A DNA stretch of 64,000 nt from an uncultured virus (IMG/VR IMGVR_UViG_2897137741_000002). Lineage: Duplodnaviria > Heunggongvirae > Uroviricota > Caudoviricetes. The notes under the pieces are model-generated. The model worked only from the letters and a program-made list of their open reading frames with translations, did no database searches and was not told where the DNA came from. Location: positions 1 to 64,000 of IMG/VR virus record IMGVR_UViG_2897137741_000002, one strand, 5' to 3'. Each line of letters opens with the position of its first letter. Within the stretch, counting starts at the first letter, position 1. A program made the translations under genes and the position numbers. Below are positions 35,401-46,515 of this stretch, piece by piece.

Positions 35401-38400
35401 GTGTACTGGTGGCTTCTTCAGATGCAGAAATATAAGATTCTAAAGCTGATTTAACGCTTTGCATTGCTTCAATTTGACTATTGGAGTATCCACCAGGTTG
35501 AAGCATTTTCTCTTCAAGCTTTTTAAGTTCTTTTTTTGCATCTGCAACATTATTAATTGACTTAACTTCTAGGTCTGACAGTTCGGCCTCAGACATATCA
35601 AGCTTTCGTTCTTTTCGTAGCTTTTTCAGGCTGTCAATCCGTAAGGTATCAGCGTTTAAAGTTTTGATAGCGTTGTTAACTTCTGTTTTCATCAATTTAT
35701 TGCTGTAGCTAACCATGTCGTTATAAGCATCAAGTTTAACTTTTCTTTGTTTGATAACTTCATCACGGTTAATTTTCACAACGCCATTTTCGATGCTAAT
35801 AGCCTTGGCAAGTTCCTTATCTTTTTGAATAAGGGTATTAGCTTCATTTGCAGAAATACTTTTACCTTCAGCCATTTTTTCCAGAAGATCATTGAGAGGA
35901 GCTACTTGATCTTTGGTGTTATTAAAAATATCCCCATTTAAGGCATCTTGAACGGAATCGAACTGCATAGCATCTGACATTTCTTTAATAGCTGCCTTAA
36001 TATCATCAACACTATTTGCATCCAGAGCTTCTTTTAGCTTCTTACCAAAATCTTCTGCCTCGTTACCTGCTTCTGCCAGCGTCTCACCTAAATCACCAAC
36101 TTCAGATTTGACGGAAGATAAGCTCTTATCTCCATCTTTTATGTTCTTCTGTGCTTTGTCGAAGCTCATTTTAAAAACATCAATAGAAGAATCGGATTTG
36201 GAGTATGTTTCTAAGAGACTTTGAAGATCTTTTTTTGCGTTATCGAAAGCTTTTTCATCGCCTGAATCTAAAGCTTTTTGCATTTTTTCTTGAAGCTTTC
36301 CTAAAGAAGAGGAGAATTTTTCTAATTCTTCAGGATCTAAATCATCTTTTAAGTTAAGTTTGTTGACAACATCACTAATACTCGTCTTTAAAGTATTACT
36401 GATATCAATTGAACTATAAGCATTTGCAATTGAAAGGACGCTATCTTTAACTTTAGCATTTCCACTCTCAATGTCAGATTGAGCTTTGAGCATACTTTGT
36501 TTAGCTTTATCAGCAGCAATCTTATAGTCATCGTCATCGGCAATGAGATCCCATTTAGGTCTACCTTTATCATTGTAGTCAGCTATTTGCTTGTACTGCT
36601 TTAATTCATCCTTAGACTTTTTAATTTCCTTAGAAGCGTCTTCGAATGTTTTCTTTGCGCTGTCTCTTGTTTCTTGTTTCTTTAAAGCCAAATACTCTTT
36701 AGTATTCTCAATCGCTTTTTCAAGCTCTTTATTTGTCTTAAGAATTGCATTTCCTTGAGAATCATAGCCTTTAACTAATGCAGGGAATGTTTGTGCTAAT
36801 TGCTGAGTGACTTGAAGGTATTCTTGCTCTTCATCTGAAGTTAAAGATCTCGACTCTTTAACTTTTTGAAGCTCTTTATATTGCTGTATTAGTTTATCAG
36901 TGGAGTCTTTATTGGTCGTAATTGCTTCGACATTGGTTTGCTGGCTCTGCTCAAAATCATCTTTAGCTTTTTTAGCTTCTGCAAAAGAAGAAATTAATGA
37001 TTCTAGCGCCCATCCTAAAGCAGCAAACGCACCGCCAACTAATGTTGAAACAAGCAACCCTCGAAGAGCAGTTTTTAGAACTCTTGAGGCAACTGCTGCA
37101 CGAGTCATACCAGCTTCTAGCCCAGCAGTTGCTAAAGTTTCTTGCCCCATTGCACGTGTGCCCAAAATTAGGGTGGTGGCTAATGTGCGGGTATTCTTAC
37201 TGAGCAAAAGGGTTGTAGTGCTTACTGCAGCTAAAAGGGGAGGTAGGAACCCAACTGATTTGATTACTCCTGTTGAAGCGTTAAGTAAAGAACCTGCTGC
37301 TTGAGTGAACTCAATTAATCCATCGCTAATAAAAGCATCTGAAGCAGCAATAGCAAATTCAGTAAAGTTATTTTGAAGCTTATTTATCCTAGCTTGTAGA
37401 CTATCAGCATATTTTTGTTGCTCGCTCCATGCACTTCCCGTAGAGTTAGCTGCAGTTTTTGCCGCATTCTGAGCAATAGAGAAGTTGTTCATCATTGCAT
37501 TAAAACGGGATAACTGATAAATACCAGCTACTCCAATTGAAGTATTTTGCTTTTGAGCATCAGTAAGAGTATCCCACTTACCAGCAACTTCACTAATTAA
37601 ATCACTTGCTGATTTAGCTTCTCCACTAGCTGTTTTGACAGAAATACCAATTTCATCTAACGCTTTAATTGAGCTTTGATTATTCCCAATTCGAGCGAAA
37701 ATTGTCTTTAGAGAGTTACCGACGATATTCCCTGATTCACGTGTTGTACTAGCAATTGCGGTTGTGTAACCAATAAGATCATTTAACTCGACCCCGAATG
37801 TAGAAGCAGTTGAACCTGCTTTACGGATAGAATTCGCTAGATCGAGTGTTGTAACAGCATAGTTATTATCAACCTCATTTAATTTATCTGCAATTGATAT
37901 TGAATCATTGGCTGCAATATTAAAGTTGAGCATTGCTGCCGTAAGAGTATTAACTGTATCATCGGGAGTTAAATCGGAGACATTTTGAAGAACTTGAGCA
38001 GTTTTCGTTAACGTGGAGAGTTCACTTTCATCGAAGCCCATTCTCCCAAAATCGCCTGTCATTTGGAGAATATCTGTGATTTTATTTGAAAGTGTATCAC
38101 CTAAGTCAATAGATTCTTGGAGAAGTTCATTATATTTATAGTCCGGCTCGTTCATAACACGGCGGATATTTGTCATGAGCGTATCAATTTCAACTGCCTG
38201 GGATACCATTTCTTTAAGTCCAGAGATAGCCCCATAGAATAAAGAACCGGAGATTAAATAGGTGGACATGCTTTTGAAGGTTTGGGTTAGTTCTGCTCCA
38301 AAAGAAGAGGCTTGATTAGCAGCTGCTTGAGCGCTGGAGGCTAATTCTCTAAATTGCATATTCAAGCTTTGAATTTGTGATCTGATATTATTGCTTCCAG

Positions 38401-39283
38401 TGCTTACATTAAGACTATTTACTGCATTCAAATAATCTTGAACAGCTTGTCTATTACTAGAGCCCATTGAACTGCCGTACCGTGTATTTAGGTTTTGGAC
38501 ATTCACTTGTGCCTGTCGCTGATACAATTCAATAGTTTTCTTTAATTCGTTGTTCTTAGCAACTGCCGCAGATTTATCATCTAACATCCTTATCCTATTT
38601 TGCAGTGCTTCAATTTGTTGAGCGGATTGAGCTGTGTTTATTTTTCGGCCAAGAGATGAGATGGTCGTATCAGTAACAATACCTTGCTGTCTAAGCTTCT
38701 CTAGATCTTGCTTAAGCTGCTCAATTGCTCTCCTTTGTTGATCATAATTAGTTGTAGTTTTTGAAGAGGTCGAATTAGTTTTAGGATCGGTTGTATAAAC
38801 AATATCATCGAACCCTTGACGATTTTTCTGCACAACCTTTGTTGACTGTCCTTGCAGATTTCTCTGCACAGTCTTTTTTTGAACCTGTCCTAGTTTCTCA
38901 GTGGCCTGTGTAAGCTTGTTAACCTCTTGAGTTTCTTGCTTTAGAGCAGTATTGCGATTATTGATTACTTTCGTTTCGCGTTGAAGTATTTCACCATTCT
39001 TCTTATATTGCTGGGTGAGTTTTTCAACCGATCCGTCAGCATTCTTAATTACTGTTGAGGTTTCTCTAACTGTTTGATTATAGGATTTTAGGTTTTTCTG
39101 ATATGCATCGACAGCAGAGGAGAATTCTTGCAGAGCTTTTAAGGTTGTAGAATCAATATTCGTATTGAGCTTGAGGGAGTTGAGTTTCTTTTCCAGAGAT
39201 TTAATTTGCTGATTTAACTGTTCGACAGTTTTAGATGAGGTATCAGCTTGTGGGGTTAGTATAATTTTGAGGTTTTGACTCAA
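32405..39283 (-). CDS. cwlP: tape measure protein with lytic transglycosylase and M23 peptidase domains
   Basis: ~2290 aa; QESGFN..GLMQLM..AYNAG (SLT) and HKGTD..HLH (M23). Confidence 0.95.
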   Translation of the reverse strand: MSQNLKIILTPQADTSSKTVEQLNQQIKSLEKKLNSLKLNTNIDSTTLKALQEFSSAVDAYQKNLKSYNQTVRETSTVIKNADGSVEKLTQQYKKNGEILQRETKVINNRNTALKQETQEVNKLTQATEKLGQVQKKTVQRNLQGQSTKVVQKNRQGFDDIVYTTDPKTNSTSSKTTTNYDQQRRAIEQLKQDLEKLRQQGIVTDTTISSLGRKINTAQSAQQIEALQNRIRMLDDKSAAVAKNNELKKTIELYQRQAQVNVQNLNTRYGSSMGSSNRQAVQDYLNAVNSLNVSTGSNNIRSQIQSLNMQFRELASSAQAAANQASSFGAELTQTFKSMSTYLISGSLFYGAISGLKEMVSQAVEIDTLMTNIRRVMNEPDYKYNELLQESIDLGDTLSNKITDILQMTGDFGRMGFDESELSTLTKTAQVLQNVSDLTPDDTVNTLTAAMLNFNIAANDSISIADKLNEVDNNYAVTTLDLANSIRKAGSTASTFGVELNDLIGYTTAIASTTRESGNIVGNSLKTIFARIGNNQSSIKALDEIGISVKTASGEAKSASDLISEVAGKWDTLTDAQKQNTSIGVAGIYQLSRFNAMMNNFSIAQNAAKTAANSTGSAWSEQQKYADSLQARINKLQNNFTEFAIAASDAFISDGLIEFTQAAGSLLNASTGVIKSVGFLPPLLAAVSTTTLLLSKNTRTLATTLILGTRAMGQETLATAGLEAGMTRAAVASRVLKTALRGLLVSTLVGGAFAALGWALESLISSFAEAKKAKDDFEQSQQTNVEAITTNKDSTDKLIQQYKELQKVKESRSLTSDEEQEYLQVTQQLAQTFPALVKGYDSQGNAILKTNKELEKAIENTKEYLALKKQETRDSAKKTFEDASKEIKKSKDELKQYKQIADYNDKGRPKWDLIADDDDYKIAADKAKQSMLKAQSDIESGNAKVKDSVLSIANAYSSIDISNTLKTSISDVVNKLNLKDDLDPEELEKFSSSLGKLQEKMQKALDSGDEKAFDNAKKDLQSLLETYSKSDSSIDVFKMSFDKAQKNIKDGDKSLSSVKSEVGDLGETLAEAGNEAEDFGKKLKEALDANSVDDIKAAIKEMSDAMQFDSVQDALNGDIFNNTKDQVAPLNDLLEKMAEGKSISANEANTLIQKDKELAKAISIENGVVKINRDEVIKQRKVKLDAYNDMVSYSNKLMKTEVNNAIKTLNADTLRIDSLKKLRKERKLDMSEAELSDLEVKSINNVADAKKELKKLEEKMLQPGGYSNSQIEAMQSVKSALESYISASEEATSTQEMNKQALIEAGTSLENWTDQQEKANEETKTSMYVVDKYKEALEKVNAEIDKYNKQVNDYPKYSQKYRDAIKKEIKALQQKKKLMQEQAKLLKDQIKSGNITQYGIVTSTTSSGGTPSSTGGSYSGKYSSYINSAASKYNVDPALIAAVIQQESGFNAKARSGVGAMGLMQLMPATAKSLGVNNAYDPYQNVMGGTKYLAQQLEKFGGNVEKALAAYNAGPGNVIKYGGIPPFKETQNYVKKIMSNYSKSLSSATSSIASYYTNNSAFRVSSKYGQQESGLRSSPHKGTDFAAKAGTAIKSLQSGKVQIAGYSKTAGNWVVIKQDDGTVAKYMHMLNTPSVKTGQSVKAGQTIGKVGSTGNSTGNHLHLQIEQNGKTIDPEKYMQGIGTSISDASQAEAERQQGIAQAKSDLLSLQGDINSVNDQIQELQYELVQSKLDEFDKRIGDFDVRIAKDESMANRYTSDSKEFRKYTSDQKKAVAEQAKIQQQKVNWIQKEIKTNKALNSAQRAQLQEELKQAKLDLISVQDQVRELQKQLVQSKVDETLKSIEKSSSKTQGKIKDVDNKISMTEEDEDKVKYYSKQIKLIQQQQKEAKKYIKLLEEQKKAAKGFPDIQEQITDEIENWKDKQKDFNLELYNTKKSIKDIYKSLADEVVSIYKEMYEKMRDIELEAHQKATQDKIDEIDKEDEEAKYQKELKEKNQAIQETKDKISKLSMDDSSEAKSQVKDLEKQLQEQQEALDEYIKDRSNTKRKEALQDQLDKDEESINNKYDDLVNDERAFKKLEDKLMDGKITDIAKQLNEFTKFINENMKSIGKSISNNLIDKLKDAASALNTVTTGNTTGKKVSSFASGGYTGTGLGAGKLAFLHDKELILNKTDTENMLEAVKQVRQTSTDSSTKTTSKWGQPSDVLSKSIALVTPAMNAAVSSQTNLTKGFPTLKNFSTPTVPPSTPQGNTSNNQNSITINVTEASNAKETASLVYKQLANGLKNTGLNFNIT

Positions 39284-39336
39284 GTAAGAATCACTTCCTT
39301 TCAGTAGGGGAGAGGACAAAGAAAAAAGCCACTCAG

Positions 39337-40020
39337 TTATTGAGCGACTTTGTTTGCTTTCTTAATAATTACATCCATAACACCATGCCAATATTCTGCA
39401 TTCTTAAGTGCTTGTTGAATGATATTGCTATCTTTCTTATACCCCTGAGTATTATACCCTTCAACTTCTTGTGTGGGGAGAAAATCGATGTAATGGATAG
39501 GTTTACTTAGGTCTTCAACAGTAATCTTTAGCGTGACGGATTTGACCATTTCATTTTGTATTGAAGAGGCAGACAACCCTCCAAGTGCAGCTCCAATGCC
39601 TCCAGCTAACAGGCCACCAGCTACAATTCCCGATTTTGATACTTTAGAAATTATTTGATTGTCCAAAGTAATTTCGGATTCAATAATATTAGAAAAAGGG
39701 ATTGTGTATTCTTCAATGTGTTCATTTCTATTAAGCTGATATATTTTCACAAGAGAATCAGATTCTTTAAAAGCAATTTTAGTTTTGTAAGTATTAAAGA
39801 AATTGTCTGGATTAAAACCACTGTCGTAGTGCTTAAGTATTTCCGCATTTTCTTTTAGTTTATCTATATTTTTTTGGGCTTTAATTTTAAAGGGCTCAAG
39901 TGCTAATAGAGCTAATCCTGCAATTATTAAGCAAATTCCCATGCCTCTCCAGCCATCCATTAACAAAAAGAAAAGACAGAATAAAAAATAGCCACCATAA
40001 GCCATTAACTTATATCCCAT
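39337..40020 (-). CDS. yomJ: membrane protein YomJ
   Basis: 227 aa; two N-terminal TM segments, Gly-rich hydrophobic stretch; synteny. Confidence 0.7.
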   Translation of the reverse strand: MGYKLMAYGGYFLFCLFFLLMDGWRGMGICLIIAGLALLALEPFKIKAQKNIDKLKENAEILKHYDSGFNPDNFFNTYKTKIAFKESDSLVKIYQLNRNEHIEEYTIPFSNIIESEITLDNQIISKVSKSGIVAGGLLAGGIGAALGGLSASSIQNEMVKSVTLKITVEDLSKPIHYIDFLPTQEVEGYNTQGYKKDSNIIQQALKNAEYWHGVMDVIIKKANKVAQ

Positions 40021-40380
40021 TCAACCACCGCCGGTATCATTTTCCTACATTATACCACTGTTGCCAAAAGTTTAGAACAGAGTGGGATGAATAGAACGTG
40101 CCTTTACCTGCTATCTATTGTTATAAAAATGGCTCTCTAATATATCAATATTAAATTCCCTTCACTAGAAAGGGAATAGTTTATATGTCCTATTGTGATT
40201 TTTGGATGCCATTCACTTATGTGTAAATAATATTACCTTAAAATTGCTAAAATGTATGGAATTGGACATGGATTATATGTTATGGTTCTAATTGAAAGGA
40301 GGGACGTATTATAAAATGCCTACAACAGGTTGAATCAACATAGAAGGCTCTATTATCAATCAAAAAAGGAGCTGTTAACT

Positions 40381-41214
40381 ATGGGGAAATTTAAAAAAAC
40401 ACTTTTTTCTATTTTGGGTTTCGTGTTAATTCTCTCATCTTTCACATTTGCCACTGGAAGTAAAACAGCAAGTGCAAGCGAAAAGAATGAGATCAATTCA
40501 ATTCAAGAATATCAAGATTTGCTTTTAGTTACACTAAAAATCTCTAATCCTCAAGATGAAGAACAATTAGAAAATGCAGTAGATCAGTTCAATTCTAAAA
40601 ACGAATTCACCGAAAAGGCTTTGACAAAATATTATGTTGAAACTAACAGCAAAACAATATTACCGAATGTTGACAACCCAAAAAAAGAACTTGATATTGA
40701 TAAGTACATCCAATCAAACGTTGATATAGGTCAATTCACCACACACAAACTTAACGAAAACATCTCCGTTACATTCACAAATACTCCAGTTTACTTCATT
40801 GAGTCTACCATCGAAGAAGAAACACCGCCAACTTCATCTGATGTTGAAATAGCAGCAGCAAAATACAAAAACACAAAAACATACACACATAGCTATACGG
40901 CCAAAAACTTTTTAAATATGAAGCTTTTCACAGTTAAGACAAAGGGGTATTTCCAATATAATGGTAACGATGTTAAACCGAAGTTAAATGATGCCTGGTA
41001 TACAAGAGGCTTCTTATCCATCTGGCAAGTTTCCAACTGGCAAAAGAGCACATATAAAAAAGGATCTAATTACGCTGAGGTTTACGGAAGAGGAAATTTC
41101 CACTTTGGTCTCGAAATTAATGGTTATGGCTTGGTGGTCCAAGATCAATATATCAAAGTTTATTTAACAGGCAATAAAAAAGGAACAGTTTATAAGAAAA
41201 CAAGCGTAAAATAA
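40381..41214 (+). CDS. secreted protein (signal peptide, acidic pro-region, basic beta-rich C-domain)
   Basis: RBS AAGGAG before ATG 40381; signal ending ASA-S; antisense to the late operon. Confidence 0.85.
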   Translation: MGKFKKTLFSILGFVLILSSFTFATGSKTASASEKNEINSIQEYQDLLLVTLKISNPQDEEQLENAVDQFNSKNEFTEKALTKYYVETNSKTILPNVDNPKKELDIDKYIQSNVDIGQFTTHKLNENISVTFTNTPVYFIESTIEEETPPTSSDVEIAAAKYKNTKTYTHSYTAKNFLNMKLFTVKTKGYFQYNGNDVKPKLNDAWYTRGFLSIWQVSNWQKSTYKKGSNYAEVYGRGNFHFGLEINGYGLVVQDQYIKVYLTGNKKGTVYKKTSVK

Positions 41215-41233
41215 ACAAAGGAGGTGATATTTT

Positions 41234-41428
41234 ATGAAACAGTTTTTTCTATCTAAATCCTTCACATTGTCTTTTCTGTTTTTCGCTTTGTTTTTCGGGT
41301 TCCAATTAAACACTGATGGATTACAAGCCATTTCAATTTTAAATTTGTTGTTAGTTAGCTTGATTTGTTCATCGGCGTTCACCTTTATCATACGATTATT
41401 CAAAAGTAAAAGGCCCGTAGCGAATTAG
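41234..41428 (+). CDS. small two-TM membrane protein (64 aa)
   Basis: RBS AAGGAGGTG; hydrophobic; terminator at ~41449-41481. Confidence 0.75.
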   Translation: MKQFFLSKSFTLSFLFFALFFGFQLNTDGLQAISILNLLLVSLICSSAFTFIIRLFKSKRPVAN

Positions 41429-41583
41429 CAGCAGAATTCTTTAAACAAAGAAAGAGGAATGCATTAAGCGTTCCTCTTTCTTATTTTATGTAATAGTTCT
41501 GTGTTTCTCTTTATACGGATTGATGTCTTAGGGAATTTCCCATATAAAAGCTAATAAAAAGAATTGATAAAGATCATTTAGTA

Positions 41584-41994
41584 TTATCCTTTTTCTTTCT
41601 TTATCCTTCCAAGCAAATCACTCAGATAGTTTACTGCCAATAACTTTTTTCTGTCTTTATAGTATGCCCACCAAAATGCAAGTGTTGCACCAGCAACCAG
41701 TAAAGTATTTAAAAGAGGATAAGACTTAAATAACGTCTGGTATAGCCCGATAGCTATATTCCAAATTGCCAAAATCCATGGTAAATGTTTAGTGTGATCA
41801 AATTGTTTTTGAAGATTCTCAACTCTTGCTTCTATAAAAATTAATGAGTCACTATCAATACCTCTCAATGAATCCAGAATCTCTTTTCGACTGTCAACAG
41901 TTTTATTCCGGTATCCTAAGTCTATTTCAATATATTGGATCATCTGGTCAGTATCAAGCGACAGAAGTTTTTCAATTATTGTTTCACTATTCAT
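41584..41994 (-). CDS. hypothetical two-TM membrane protein
   Basis: 136 aa; RBS GAGGTG; two hydrophobic segments. Confidence 0.75.
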   Translation of the reverse strand: MNSETIIEKLLSLDTDQMIQYIEIDLGYRNKTVDSRKEILDSLRGIDSDSLIFIEARVENLQKQFDHTKHLPWILAIWNIAIGLYQTLFKSYPLLNTLLVAGATLAFWWAYYKDRKKLLAVNYLSDLLGRIKKEKG

Positions 41995-42103
41995 TTCAAA
42001 ATCACCTCAAAGTGATTATCGGGTATAAATGGGAAAATTAAAGTAGGAATCTTTACAAAGCTTTCATACATAAGCAAAATCCCTCAAAAGAGGAATCTTG
42101 ATT

Positions 42104-42129
42104 CTGAATAAAAGAGGGATTTTAACTAA
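42104..42129. repeat. 26-bp junction palindrome, copy 4 (contains the yomM stop codon)
   Basis: CTGAATAAAA GAGGGA TTTTAACTAA. Confidence 0.7.
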
Positions 42130-43127
42130 ACAAATATTTGATTCTTTTCTTCTTCAAAATCCCGTAAATCATAGTGCTTGATTGTTGTTGAGACATCTTC
42201 ATGATGAGCTACATATTTGCTTATCAATTCAATTTTGATTTTCTTAACTTCTAGGAGATAAGTGATGCACGAAGCTTTAAAGAGGTGGGGGTTTATACGT
42301 CGACCAAGGATGTCTGATAACACATCAGAGCAAAAATAATCAGCCCAAGACTCTGACATCTGTTTAGGCTCTCCGCCATACTGAGTAGTGAAGAGGTATT
42401 CATGATCATAGCCACGTTTTTCATGCCATAAACGAAGATACCCCAGTGCTTCTGTGTTAATCATGTACTCAAGAGGTTTTCCTTCACCTTTACCTTTTCC
42501 AAATACCTTATGACTCATCACGTATGACTGACCCTCTGGAACAGGGTAATCTAATATTTCTGTTTTTAACTGTATGAGTTCTGCTCTTCGCCCGCCAACA
42601 TTAAAGGCAGTAGCAAGCCATGCCATCCCCAAATAATTTTCGTCCTCTTTTAGGGCGTCCATCATCAGTTTATAATCATCATATGTAACTTTAACTTTTT
42701 CATAGGTAGTGGTTTTAGGAATAGCTGGCAGCCCACGGGTGAAGTTTCTAAATTTCTCATAATTATGATCATCTTCTGCAACAACATTTTCGATATAATT
42801 ATTTAACGAGGATACACCGGCTTTTTTTAAAGCAATCCCACTTGAAGACATCCCACGATTCTTTAAGAAACTTTGATACCTAATGAAATCACGCTTTGAG
42901 ATCTTATAAAGTTTTTTCCCGTTAAGAGAGGTATGTACCCACCAAAAGAATTGGCGAAGGGAGGAGTAATACTGCTTTCGTGTTTTATCTCTAAATGAAT
43001 GAGCATCTAAAAACTCTTGAACCAAGCTTCTGTGCTCTTCATCTACTTGCTCCCACATTGATTCCGTGACCTCGGGGAGTTTTATTGCTCGAGATCTGAT
43101 CATATTCTTTTCAATTGATTTGGCCAT
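42126..43127 (-). CDS. yomM: tyrosine recombinase/integrase family protein
   Basis: GGRRAEL (R), NPHLFKA (HxxK), AHHED (H), KHY (Y); 333 aa. Confidence 0.88.
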   Translation of the reverse strand: MAKSIEKNMIRSRAIKLPEVTESMWEQVDEEHRSLVQEFLDAHSFRDKTRKQYYSSLRQFFWWVHTSLNGKKLYKISKRDFIRYQSFLKNRGMSSSGIALKKAGVSSLNNYIENVVAEDDHNYEKFRNFTRGLPAIPKTTTYEKVKVTYDDYKLMMDALKEDENYLGMAWLATAFNVGGRRAELIQLKTEILDYPVPEGQSYVMSHKVFGKGKGEGKPLEYMINTEALGYLRLWHEKRGYDHEYLFTTQYGGEPKQMSESWADYFCSDVLSDILGRRINPHLFKASCITYLLEVKKIKIELISKYVAHHEDVSTTIKHYDLRDFEEEKNQIFV

Positions 43128-43140
43128 TAATTCACCACCA

Positions 43141-43560
43141 TTAGTACGTTTTAATTCCATCTGCTTTTAAATCACTTTTTAATGCCTCTGTTAATCGTCC
43201 ATCTTTTAGAGTCTCGGCAGTATTCTTCATAAAAGGACGAGGTTTCCCGTAGCCATAACCGTATGAATCTGGATATGTATAGCCCTGTCCAGTTTCAATT
43301 ACAGTTGCAACATCTTTTCCTTCGTCTTCTCTGGTATTGTCTAATGAGATCCCGTTACTTTCATTAATAGTTGTAAAAGCGCCTTTTAGGTTTCCTGTGC
43401 GTTCATAGAGTAGGGGGCTATAGGCGCCATAAACATCCTCTTCAACATGATCTTGGCCAGTTTTCATCATGACTTGCTTAACATTGGAGGAAGACTTATG
43501 TATAGACTGAATTGCAGCTTTCTCAATCATTACTTTAATTTCTTTTATATTTTTCGCCAT
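43141..43560 (-). CDS. yomN: HK97 gp10-like tail-associated protein
   Basis: RTGNL and PRPFM motifs. Confidence 0.72.
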   Translation of the reverse strand: MAKNIKEIKVMIEKAAIQSIHKSSSNVKQVMMKTGQDHVEEDVYGAYSPLLYERTGNLKGAFTTINESNGISLDNTREDEGKDVATVIETGQGYTYPDSYGYGYGKPRPFMKNTAETLKDGRLTEALKSDLKADGIKTY

Positions 43561-44048
43561 CATTGTGAGACAGCGCTGCCTTCAATTTCTTCGACCTTCT
43601 GAAGGATAAGATTATTCGCTTCTTCCTGAGATTTTTTTGATAACTCATCTATGTTTTGTTGCAGCATTACAGTGGCTTTACCCAGCTTTTCTAAGCTCTC
43701 TTTAGGAAAGCTATTGATAATTAAAGGGAAGTACTCTGAGTCTACAAGTTTAAGATACCACTTAACTTTATTTTTTATGTCATTTGGAATACCCAAATCT
43801 GTAAATTCCTTGATTAGTGAGAAGAATGCCCAGTGAACTTGATTTATATCCTTGAAGGATTTGATACCTGATTCTTTTGCTTCTTGTGGATCTGAAATCA
43901 ATCCTGTTAACATTTTTGTTAATCGAGAAGGGGAGAAGTATGGATAAATGAATACATGAACGTCATCAGTTAATGTGACTTTTTCTTTCTTGTCATATTT
44001 ACTGACGCTTTCCTCAATTAAACCTAAATTCAACTTTTTTGATGCCAT
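43560..44048 (-). CDS. yomO: phage protein, possible tail chaperone
   Basis: 162 aa; synteny. Confidence 0.65.
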   Translation of the reverse strand: MASKKLNLGLIEESVSKYDKKEKVTLTDDVHVFIYPYFSPSRLTKMLTGLISDPQEAKESGIKSFKDINQVHWAFFSLIKEFTDLGIPNDIKNKVKWYLKLVDSEYFPLIINSFPKESLEKLGKATVMLQQNIDELSKKSQEEANNLILQKVEEIEGSAVSQ

Positions 44049-44099
44049 TTAATATCCTCCTTTAATATCCTCATTTTGAGCAAAACCATGCTTATCTGT

Positions 44100-44291
44100 T
44101 TATTCAGTAGATAAGGTAACAGCAGTATAGACTTCCCCAACAATTTCTTGATATTGTTCAGGAGTAATTAAGTTATTGTCTACTCCTTCTTTAAGTTCTT
44201 CCTTAGTTACATCATCGTAATAATAAGCTTCTTTAACCTGATCAAGAGTTGCCCAGTTTTTGTTTAGGGCTATAACCCAAAAATTGCTCAT
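44100..44291 (-). CDS. yomP: XkdX-family protein
   Basis: ITPEQYQEIVGE motif; 63 aa. Confidence 0.8.
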   Translation of the reverse strand: MSNFWVIALNKNWATLDQVKEAYYYDDVTKEELKEGVDNNLITPEQYQEIVGEVYTAVTLSTE

Positions 44292-44638
44292 GCTGTTGTC
44301 CCATCTTTCAAGTTTTTAACTTCATTTTGTAAATTTAAGATTATGCGATTTTGTTTTAAAATTAAAATTCTGGCTTCAGCTAGTGATTGTCCAAGTAATT
44401 CCACATCAGAAGGTTCTTCAGGGGGCGGTGAGAGGCTGTCTATATATTCTTGAGAGGCTGTTTCTATCCAAACTTGTTTTGATAAATCAAATCGTGGAAG
44501 GTAATAGGAGGGAGAGTCAGGTAATGGAACAGAAGTGCAATTATCGGGAAAAATATAATCTCCCTTTTCATCGATTTCAGTTACAACTAGGGGTTCAACG
44601 AACATAAAATTTTCGTCATATTTATAGACTTGTATCAC
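44288..44638 (-). CDS. yomQ: tail fibre assembly-like protein
   Basis: 116 aa; VYKYDENF..PDNCT..P..W motif. Confidence 0.7.
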   Translation of the reverse strand: MIQVYKYDENFMFVEPLVVTEIDEKGDYIFPDNCTSVPLPDSPSYYLPRFDLSKQVWIETASQEYIDSLSPPPEEPSDVELLGQSLAEARILILKQNRIILNLQNEVKNLKDGTTA

Positions 44639-44648
44639 GACTTACCTC

Positions 44649-45866
44649 CTAATTCAACGGAACAACTACATCTATGTAGTAACCCGTTATTGCAGCACTG
44701 TTGTCAGCTGATACCCCACTTAGCTGAAGGTCACCATTAGAGTTTACAAATAATTTACTTCTGCCGAAAGTTCCACTCACTTCAACAGACTTAACAGCAC
44801 CTTGTGTTGGAGAAAATTCAGTTGGAATAGAAGCAAATACTACATCTCGGTTTGTTACAACGTGCCCACTAAGCTGCAAAGTACCAGCTACTTTACGATA
44901 TTGAAGTGGCCTTGAGCCTGTCTTTGCGCCATTTTTATATGTAACGCTTAACCAAGGCACATTATCAATTTCACTGCTACTTATCAATCGTTCCCAGCTT
45001 GACCATGCTCCGTTTATCAATGATTTTCTGTAAGTCTTATTATCATTAGTCAGAACAATGGCTTGACCATAAAGTTTATCAGCACTACATGTCCAAAATC
45101 CTCGCCCATTACTTGGAGGTGCCTCTAGGGCAGCCTTATCATATCCAAAATATGTTAAAGTAGGGGAATTCAAAAGTTCAGAATGAAAGTCGCTCGTTAT
45201 AGAAACTAGTGGTTGCCCATCGTCACCTGATATTTTTGTTAATTGAGCCGAATTCCATTTGTTTCTTTCGGTATTGGTGATATGGCGCTCATTATCTTTT
45301 GTGTGTGCATCAAATTCTAATTTTGTCGCTTGTTTATCATTCGTAAGGTTTCCTAACCCGACCTGAATTGCAGTTACTTTATGAGGATTGTTTGTGTTCT
45401 GAGAATGTGCGTCAGTATACTTTTTGGAATTACTTTCAGCTGCATTCCAAGTGGTTCTTTCGGCTGCAGTTATATGAATAATTGTATCTTGAGCATGTTG
45501 ATCAAATTCAGTTTTAGTTGCTTGTTTTTCATTCAGGACATTTGCTAAACCAACTTGGCTTTTAGTTACAGAATGGGGGTTGAGAGTATCGTTTAGGTGC
45601 TCGTCAAATTCCTCTTTAGTTGCTTGGACATTATTTAAAACATTGCCCAAACCAACCTGCTCTTTGGTAACTAAATGAGGATTAGACTTATCATCAGTAT
45701 GTTTCTTAAGCTCATTCTGTTGATACTCCATAAATAAATTTGTTTTTTCTGTTAAAGTTTGTTCGTGCTCAAGCATATGTTTTTCAGCTCTGTCATTAGA
45801 TTCCCTTAATGAGTTGATCTGAATATTGTTTTGTTTGAGTTGTCCAACGTATCTACTACTACTCAT
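44649..45866 (-). CDS. yomR: tail fibre/receptor-binding protein with NPHxVTxxQVGL repeats
   Basis: three NPHxVTxxQVGLxN repeats and two HITxxERxxWN repeats; WSSW; 405 aa. Confidence 0.8.
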   Translation of the reverse strand: MSSSRYVGQLKQNNIQINSLRESNDRAEKHMLEHEQTLTEKTNLFMEYQQNELKKHTDDKSNPHLVTKEQVGLGNVLNNVQATKEEFDEHLNDTLNPHSVTKSQVGLANVLNEKQATKTEFDQHAQDTIIHITAAERTTWNAAESNSKKYTDAHSQNTNNPHKVTAIQVGLGNLTNDKQATKLEFDAHTKDNERHITNTERNKWNSAQLTKISGDDGQPLVSITSDFHSELLNSPTLTYFGYDKAALEAPPSNGRGFWTCSADKLYGQAIVLTNDNKTYRKSLINGAWSSWERLISSSEIDNVPWLSVTYKNGAKTGSRPLQYRKVAGTLQLSGHVVTNRDVVFASIPTEFSPTQGAVKSVEVSGTFGRSKLFVNSNGDLQLSGVSADNSAAITGYYIDVVVPLN

Positions 45867-45867
45867 C

Positions 45868-46224
45868 TTAACTCACCGCAATCCCTTTAACAGTCACATC
45901 ACCTGTAACAGAAACAACTTCGAACATAACTTTAAACAATCCAACAATGTCAAAGTCCCAATACTCATTAGTATTTAAAGTACTGCTTCCAAGTTGGAAA
46001 TCTGTTTTATTGGTGCCACTAAGTGCAGTTTTTTCGCCATTTTCATCAACTGCATAAAACTTTATTTCTCGTGAAGTTGAGGAACCAGAGATCTTAACAG
46101 TAAGTTCCCGAAAATGACCCACTACAAATTCTTCACCTTCAGATGGGGAAGTTGCGGCTTCGTGAAATGTAAATGAAGTTTTGTCTGGAATCGTGATTAC
46201 GACATTTTCAGTCGTTTCTGTCAA
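45868..46224 (-). CDS. yomS: XepA C-terminal-domain-like protein YomS
   Basis: 118 aa; ends GDVTVKGIAVS like the XepA C-terminus. Confidence 0.8.
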   Translation of the reverse strand: MTETTENVVITIPDKTSFTFHEAATSPSEGEEFVVGHFRELTVKISGSSTSREIKFYAVDENGEKTALSGTNKTDFQLGSSTLNTNEYWDFDIVGLFKVMFEVVSVTGDVTVKGIAVS

Positions 46225-46242
46225 CAACTCCACCTCCTTAAT

Positions 46243-46268
46243 TTGAATAAAAACTGTCTTTTATCTAA
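46243..46268. repeat. 26-bp junction palindrome, copy 5
   Basis: TTGAATAAAA ACTGTC TTTTATCTAA. Confidence 0.75.
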
Positions 46269-46287
46269 AAAAACAAGAGGGGAGGAC

Positions 46288-46515
46288 TTATTCAAAAAGC
46301 CCATCCTCTTGTAGCTTATTCCATATAACTTCCCAAGCTGGAGTAGAAGAAGGGGATGACTGAAGCGAACTTAAAGGTTCGTATTCATTGAAGTCGCCTT
46401 CAAACCGTTGCTTGAAATCATCAACACTGATATAGGAACCATCTGATAGCAATAGGAATTTTTGTTCCAAACCATCAAATTGTTTGAACAGACCACATAC
46501 TTCATCAAATGTCAT
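46288..46515 (-). CDS. yomT: small acidic phage protein
   Basis: 75 aa; start overlaps the upstream stop. Confidence 0.7.
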   Translation of the reverse strand: MTFDEVCGLFKQFDGLEQKFLLLSDGSYISVDDFKQRFEGDFNEYEPLSSLQSSPSSTPAWEVIWNKLQEDGLFE

